DNA from: Patescibacteria group bacterium
GTDB taxonomy: Bacteria > Patescibacteriota > UBA1384 > XYA2-FULL-43-10
Direction of reading: 5' to 3'
Length of the DNA stretch: 32,000 bases
Assembly: GCA_041674405.1 (NCBI GenBank)
Contig: JBAYVT010000002.1
Location: forward strand, 123,941-155,940
Shown here in pieces: positions 27,701-32,000 of the stretch. The notes under the pieces are model-generated. The model saw only the letters and a list, made by a program, of their open reading frames with translations, made no database searches and was not told the DNA's origin. Position 1 is the first letter of the stretch. The number at the start of each line of letters is the position of its first letter. The translations under genes were made by a program, and so were the position numbers.

Positions 27701-30700
27701 CAGCTTCATAACATTATTACTTCCAGTATTTGCAACCCAGACGTTCCCGTCTCGATCAATTGCAATACCTTCAGGATTAATACCCACACCATATGTGCCG
27801 ATGGTTGCACCGGTCGCGCCACTTAGCTTGGTAACACTGCTGCCACCAGTATTAGTAACCCAAATATTCCCACTGCCATCGACTGCCACCCCCCAAGGAG
27901 CATTGCCAGTCGGGTATGTACCAATAGCAGTGCCTGTAGCTCCGTTAATCTTTGAAACGCTATTTGCCCAGTAATTCGCCACCCATAAATTATTATGACC
28001 ATCCACTGCGAGACCATAGCATGGGCTTTCTGACACCGGATACGAACCGACGGTTGATCCATTTGTGGTGTCAATTTTGGTAATTTTTGAATCGCTATTT
28101 ACAACCCAGACATATGGCGTAACAGCGGGATCGACCAATTGCAAGTTGTAATAGTCAGCTGCAGTAATATTAGTTTTATCGAAAACGTGATAAATAAACG
28201 TCGATGTGGAGGCAAGAAAAGTTCCATTGATAATAAATGGAGTTCCCGAACCCATCAGCGTGATGGTTTTATTTGATGCGTCAAAGGTGCCGGAATTTAT
28301 GGTTAGAGTTCCAATTGCAGTAATATCGCCCACAGCAGTGTATGTCGTTCCTGAATGATCGAGATAAAGGTTAAAGTATGTTGTGGCTGCTATGTTGGTT
28401 GCATTACTGCCGGAATATTTGAAAGTTGAGGTGCCGGGATCAAAAGTATCGTTTATAATAAATGGAAGGTTGGATCCTGAAAGCGTGATAGTTTTATCCA
28501 GCGCTGAAAAATTGCCTGTATTAATCGTTAGCACATTGCCAACATTAATATCGCCCAAGGCCGAGAAAATTGTGGCTGTATGATCAAGATAAAGATTAAA
28601 ATAGTTCGTCGGGGTGACATTGGTTGCCGATGATCCAGTATATTTAATCGTTGAGGTCGAAGGGGTAAAAGTTCCGGTTTTAACAAATGGCGTTGCCGAA
28701 CCTGTTAAATTGATTGTTCTATTAGATGCGTCAAAGGTGCCGGAATTGATTGTCAAAATATTGGATATTGTGATATCTCCAGCGGCAACAAAGGTTTCTG
28801 AGGCATTATCCAAATACAAGTTAAAGTAAGTCGTCGGAGCTACATCAATGTTGTGGTCGGGATAATTCCCCGTGTATTTGAAAGTAGAGGTAGAAGGATT
28901 TAATATTCCAGAGACTACAAGCGGGCCAGAAACACCCCCCGAAAGGGTAATCGTTCTCGAGAGAGCATTGAACGTTCCTGTGTTTATGGTGAAGATATTT
29001 GAGACAGCCATATCTCCTGCCGCCGAGAAAATGCTGCCCACATGGTCTATGTATAGATTATAGTAGGATGCCGCAACAACATTAACGGATAAATCGCCGG
29101 TGTATTTGAAAGTAGAGGTAGAAGATGTAAAAGTACCGGTAATTACCATCGGCGTATTCGGGCCAGACAATGTGATGGTCTTATTCGATGCGTCAAAAGT
29201 GCCAGAATTGATTGTCAAAACATTTGATGCGGAAATGTCACCGGCGGCAGCAAAGGTCGTTCCTGTGTGATCCAGATAAAGATTATAGAAATTTGTCCCA
29301 GTAATATTCGTGGCACTGGTTCCGGTATATTTGAAAGTAGAAGTAGATGGAGTAAGAATCCCGCTAACAATTAGCGGAGTGCCACTTCCCGACAGTGTGA
29401 TCGTTCTGTTTGAAGCATCAAATGTGCCTGCATTTATAGTAAATATATTTGATGCGGAAATGTCGCCTGCCGCTGTAAAGGTCGTTCCTGTATGGTCAAA
29501 ATAAAGATTATTGTAAGTCGATGCTGTGACATTTGTAGCCAAATTACCACTATATTTGATGGTGGAAGTTGAAGGAGTAAAAGTGCCAGTTTTAACAAAT
29601 GGCGTACCGCTCCCTGCAAGCGTAATGGTCTTGTTGGAGGCATCGAAGATACCGGAGTTTATTGTAAAAATTCCAGTACAGGTAAAATCACCTGCCGCAG
29701 TAAAGGTATTGCCAAAACGATCAAGATAAAGATTATGGTAGGTAGTAGCCGCAATATTCGTTGCGCTAGTTCCCGTATATTTAAAAGTCGATGTTCCCTG
29801 AGAAAAGGTGCCATTGACAATAAAAGGTGCAGTTGAGCCAGCTAAAATAATTGTCTTGTCAGAAGCATCAAACGTACCAGCATTGATCGTGAAAACTCCA
29901 TTTACGTTGATGTTTCCCGCGGCAGTAAAGGTAGTGCCAGTATGATCGGTATAAAGATTGTAATAAGTTGCAGCCGCAATATTGGTAGCGCTGGTTCCTT
30001 GAAACTTAACTGTGGAGGTGCCATATGTGAACGTACCAGTTTTTAGGAGTGGATCTCCAGAACCGGTTAACACTAGTGTTGTATTATCTAGATTAACAAT
30101 CGCAGAGGCTAGAATCACTAGGTTCGGCATGGTTGAAGTTTTTGCAAAAACTGAATTCGGCCTCCAGGTATTTGATGGAAGAACGATAAGTTTTTGATCG
30201 GAGTCAAATTGCGTTCCTTGGGCTGGCAAGGTAAGATTAACGGTCGAATCGTCGACGTCGAAAAAGATGTTTTCGTTGCCAGAAACAGAATTGTCATAAG
30301 CCGCAATATCCGCATTCGACAAAATCTGATGGTCGTCAGAACCGATTGTTAAATGTTTTTCGAAAAGATCGCACCCAGTCATATCCCCTGTGCCATCGTA
30401 CTTGGTGACCAAATTCGCTTCATGGGCGTCAGCTACACTATCAATAAAAATAGTTACGGCATCACCAGGATTGGGTTGGGTGACCCCAGTGATTAACCAG
30501 GATCCACCCGATGTGATTCCGGTTTGGCCGACCAGAGCATTGTTCACGGCCATTTTTACAATTTCACCATCAGGGACATTCGTCACCTCATCATACTCTT
30601 TAGCATCGCCGGAAACATTTACTATTCCGGCAACACATGTGTCACCCGCACCAATATTCCATCCGACATTACCCCCTCCATCATTTGAATATGTAGCGCA

Positions 30701-32000
30701 GAAAGCTGTTCCAGCATTGGTTGACCCGGAAACATCAACGTAAGTTACAGCTGTAATTACCGTCGGAGTAATGATCCAGTTAGCATCGGAGGTCGGCGCA
30801 AGAGTAATAAGACCACCACTAGTCCCAGCAATATTTATGGTATTGAATGTATATGTAGAGCCAGAACTAAAGGTAATCGTGGAGGGAGAAGTAGTATTCG
30901 TAAAAATACCGCTTGCCGCTGCATTACCGGTAAAAATAAAATTAGTAGCAGCATGATCTAAAGTTAAATTTTTGTAAGATTGGCTGGAGATATTTACACT
31001 ATCAGCGCCAGTGTATTTTACGGTCGAGGTTGAGGCGGTGAACGACCCAGCAACAGCAAACGGCGTACCCGATCCGGATAAGGTGATGGTCCTGGTTGAA
31101 CCATGAAAGGTTGTTCCTGCTGTAACCGTTAGTACCCCCGAAACTGTCATGTCACCCGCTGCGATAAAATATGTGCCTGAATGATCCAATAGCAGATTAA
31201 AGTAATTGGTCCCTGTGACATTAGTTGTTGAGGCCTGTGTGTATCTAAAGGTGGAAGCCGAAGGAATAACACTACCGTTAACCACGAACGGTGAGGTTGA
31301 AGTAGTAAAACTCCAAATGGTGTTGCCAGCATCTAACGTTTGGCTTGCCGCGACAGTCATGACGCCACTTATACTAATATTATTCGATCCAATTTTGGTT
31401 GTGGTAGTTGTTCCGGAACCATCACCAAAAACCAAATTCACAAAGGTCCAGTCGGTACTGCCACCAAAATTTCCAGTGCCATCTACGCGAAAAGTACCAG
31501 TAAAAGTAATGGTGCCATCCCCTGATATGTCACCACCATTGATATAGAAAGTACCTCCACCGATTAATGTACCTGCAGTTGCCGTAAAATCACCATTGAG
31601 AGTGATTGAGCCGCTTATAGAGTAAGTTTCAGCAGCATTATTGATCTGAAGATTATTGTACGTAGTAGCAGCAATAGTTATATTGCCTGACGCGTAATTT
31701 CCCGAATAGATGAATGTTGATGTACTCGGGGTGAAGGTGCCTGTTTTAACAAATGGCGTACCGGTAGTGCCGGATAAATTAATCGTATAATTCGAAGCAT
31801 CAAGTGCAGCTCCAGAACTAATAGTCAAGACGCCAGAAATTGTAGTATCAGAAGCCATTGTGGCTACCGCTGAACTAGTTGTCGAAATCTTCAAATTGTA
31901 ATAAGACACAGCTGAAACGGTTTGGCCTGAAGTACCGGTGTATTCGATAGTTAGGTTCGTATACGTCTTATTGGCAATTGAGTATTGGGTTAGGAAATCA
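24704..32000 (-). CDS. Second giant modular surface protein, paralog of the 4058-aa protein, 5' end outside window
   Basis: ORF track gives 2401 aa from 31909, but the frame stays open to the window edge (...DFLTQYSIANKTYTNLTIEYTGTSGQTVSAVSYYNLKIS). Same repeats, propeller and C-terminal architecture. Confidence 0.92.
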   Translation of the reverse strand, partial: DFLTQYSIANKTYTNLTIEYTGTSGQTVSAVSYYNLKISTTSSAVATMASDTTISGVLTISSGAALDASNYTINLSGTTGTPFVKTGTFTPSTSTFIYSGNYASGNITIAATTYNNLQINNAAETYSISGSITLNGDFTATAGTLIGGGTFYINGGDISGDGTITFTGTFRVDGTGNFGGSTDWTFVNLVFGDGSGTTTTTKIGSNNISISGVMTVAASQTLDAGNTIWSFTTSTSPFVVNGSVIPSASTFRYTQASTTNVTGTNYFNLLLDHSGTYFIAAGDMTVSGVLTVTAGTTFHGSTRTITLSGSGTPFAVAGSFTASTSTVKYTGADSVNISSQSYKNLTLDHAATNFIFTGNAAASGIFTNTTSPSTITFSSGSTYTFNTINIAGTSGGLITLAPTSDANWIITPTVITAVTYVDVSGSTNAGTAFCATYSNDGGGNVGWNIGAGDTCVAGIVNVSGDAKEYDEVTNVPDGEIVKMAVNNALVGQTGITSGGSWLITGVTQPNPGDAVTIFIDSVADAHEANLVTKYDGTGDMTGCDLFEKHLTIGSDDHQILSNADIAAYDNSVSGNENIFFDVDDSTVNLTLPAQGTQFDSDQKLIVLPSNTWRPNSVFAKTSTMPNLVILASAIVNLDNTTLVLTGSGDPLLKTGTFTYGTSTVKFQGTSATNIAAATYYNLYTDHTGTTFTAAGNINVNGVFTINAGTFDASDKTIILAGSTAPFIVNGTFSQGTSTFKYTGTSATNIAATTYHNLYLDRFGNTFTAAGDFTCTGIFTINSGIFDASNKTITLAGSGTPFVKTGTFTPSTSTIKYSGNLATNVTASTYNNLYFDHTGTTFTAAGDISASNIFTINAGTFDASNRTITLSGSGTPLIVSGILTPSTSTFKYTGTSATNITGTNFYNLYLDHTGTTFAAAGDISASNVLTINSGTFDASNKTITLSGPNTPMVITGTFTSSTSTFKYTGDLSVNVVAASYYNLYIDHVGSIFSAAGDMAVSNIFTINTGTFNALSRTITLSGGVSGPLVVSGILNPSTSTFKYTGNYPDHNIDVAPTTYFNLYLDNASETFVAAGDITISNILTINSGTFDASNRTINLTGSATPFVKTGTFTPSTSTIKYTGSSATNVTPTNYFNLYLDHTATIFSALGDINVGNVLTINTGNFSALDKTITLSGSNLPFIINDTFDPGTSTFKYSGSNATNIAATTYFNLYLDHSGTTYTAVGDITAIGTLTINSGTFDASNKTITLMGSGTPFIINGTFLASTSTFIYHVFDKTNITAADYYNLQLVDPAVTPYVWVVNSDSKITKIDTTNGSTVGSYPVSESPCYGLAVDGHNNLWVANYWANSVSKINGATGTAIGTYPTGNAPWGVAVDGSGNIWVTNTGGSSVTKLSGATGATIGTYGVGINPEGIAIDRDGNVWVANTGSNNVMKLNGTTGATIFTHAVGSRPMGIAVDSSGNAWVGNWDNYSVTKINGSTNATIGTYSVHGNPYGIAIDQSGNVWVTNHYDNSVSKLNGSTGAVLGTYIVGTFANGDGWPNGISIDQNGNAWVVNTNNIKELSGTTGAILGTYPVSNPYISMGDSTGFARQVFADPKVLTLSNGTFNIANDFQIGDGANQTTVDGLANNPTINIGGNFTLKSNANFNAPSNINLSGGWNNNGGTFTPGNGTVTLNGDSLIQGNTTFNNLTAVTGGKTISFSAGSTQTITGTWSISGSSGHNINLRGSGSSGNWIINPAKAVVSHASISQSTNSGIQFCANYSIDVGGNIGWQIGSSTICEATPAAPTGASVVGVDTTFFTLNWIDNSSSETGFNIFISTATSDNCEFASYPDYPDYALGANTTSQFISGKSVNTQYCARITATNSGNDSPGSYTAPFYTLANQPNAPMVNALSSNSLKIIINSNNNPPSTQYAIYNQTSGKYVQADGSLGNSAVWQTRNVWGGSSGIINYNLLVGTQYDYLVKAKNGDSIETSFSSPGENLTLPDSPKGGDSPVSNIASIAIDPVTATIGPNETLQFKARAFTLDNKEISNVNIVWSVVNGGGAIDKNGFFTAGPDTGTYNNTIEASVGESQSFATVIIKNDTIINNLVDGIVKSATLISGVINTTAGQIEKIYQAVGISKQAATPITSAAALGAAGMAAAMTPMATASSLFSLNEIYHVLSYSILSAGTLKRKKKKWGRVIENGTGMPLYLAQVSLVKVDDADTEKVIESSFTDKDGVYGFAAGPGKYRVIASKEKHTVASIEDQFYNFDPKKIFNVLSYEEGLIVPTIIMNVNGKKLGNIAKLVASFRKLERYFVYFSFVLLALGSILAANNVIHEHTLLNYVIVVGYFLLWIINASFIIRNSPWSIVAESNTGEPVPLTLIRVMNSDSHKLVRTTVSDQKGKFSAMLRKGKYNIFAAKEGYELDHPVEFANQDNMAALRKKLELKKKSIT
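27250..28130 (-). other. 7-bladed NHL/Vgb-like beta-propeller region in the second giant protein
   Basis: Seven units such as VWVANTGSNNVMKLNGTTGATIFTHAVGSRPMGIAVDSSGN. Confidence 0.82.
28140..30140 (-). repeat. 75-aa (225-bp) tandem repeat array in the second giant protein
   Basis: Landmark codons (reverse-strand SPAA) at about 29013, 29463 and 29688 fit an exact 225-bp register. One unit is longer (237 bp). Confidence 0.85.

Noticed and set aside
12600-31550. Many plus-strand ORFs of 60-170 aa antisense to the giant genes
   Set aside because: They recur with the same phase as the repeats (SPAAVKVVP...) and mirror the codon composition of the sense strand, so they are shadow ORFs of large repetitive genes.
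12512-32000. Regular repeats that could be mistaken for a CRISPR array
   Set aside because: The period is 225 bp, units are in frame and diverged, and there is no short identical repeat with unique spacers. They are protein-coding repeats.
1-32000. Mobile element, integrase or phage module
   Set aside because: No transposase, integrase, terminase or capsid-like ORF was seen. tRNA-Leu is intact and no attachment-site duplicate was noticed.

Overview
Mostly minus-strand bacterial DNA. Short genes, close packing and giant repeat-rich surface proteins suggest a Patescibacteria/CPR-like metagenomic genome (inference). Left part: ABC exporter genes (ATPase fragment plus permease), a TPR-like membrane protein, small hypothetical ORFs, an HD-domain protein, a SAM methyltransferase, tRNA-Leu(UAG), a ComEA-like protein and recG. 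Between recG and mnmA (about 7.12-8.40 kb) lies a visibly GC-rich, opposite-strand island without a conserved ORF. It holds at least three promoter/Shine-Dalgarno/mini-ORF units and several strong hairpins, the clearest encoding a 20-aa hydrophobic micropeptide. Next is a compact minus-strand cluster: Phd/YefM-like protein, cysteine desulfurase, NifU/IscU-like scaffold, folD and mnmA. The right 19.5 kb is two tandem, paralogous giant surface-protein genes (4058 aa complete; more than 2400 aa and open at the right window edge). They are built from 75-aa (225-bp) repeats, a recurrent GTCKQYDES module, a 7-bladed NHL/Vgb-like propeller, Fn3-like and Ig-like domains, and a conserved multi-TM C-terminus with two carboxypeptidase-regulatory-like domains. 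Best hunt candidates: the GC-rich mini-ORF island with its shared CTGTGAT element, the topology and modularity of the giant proteins, repeat-like insertions inside recG, and the orphan Phd-like protein translationally coupled to the Fe-S/sulfur genes.
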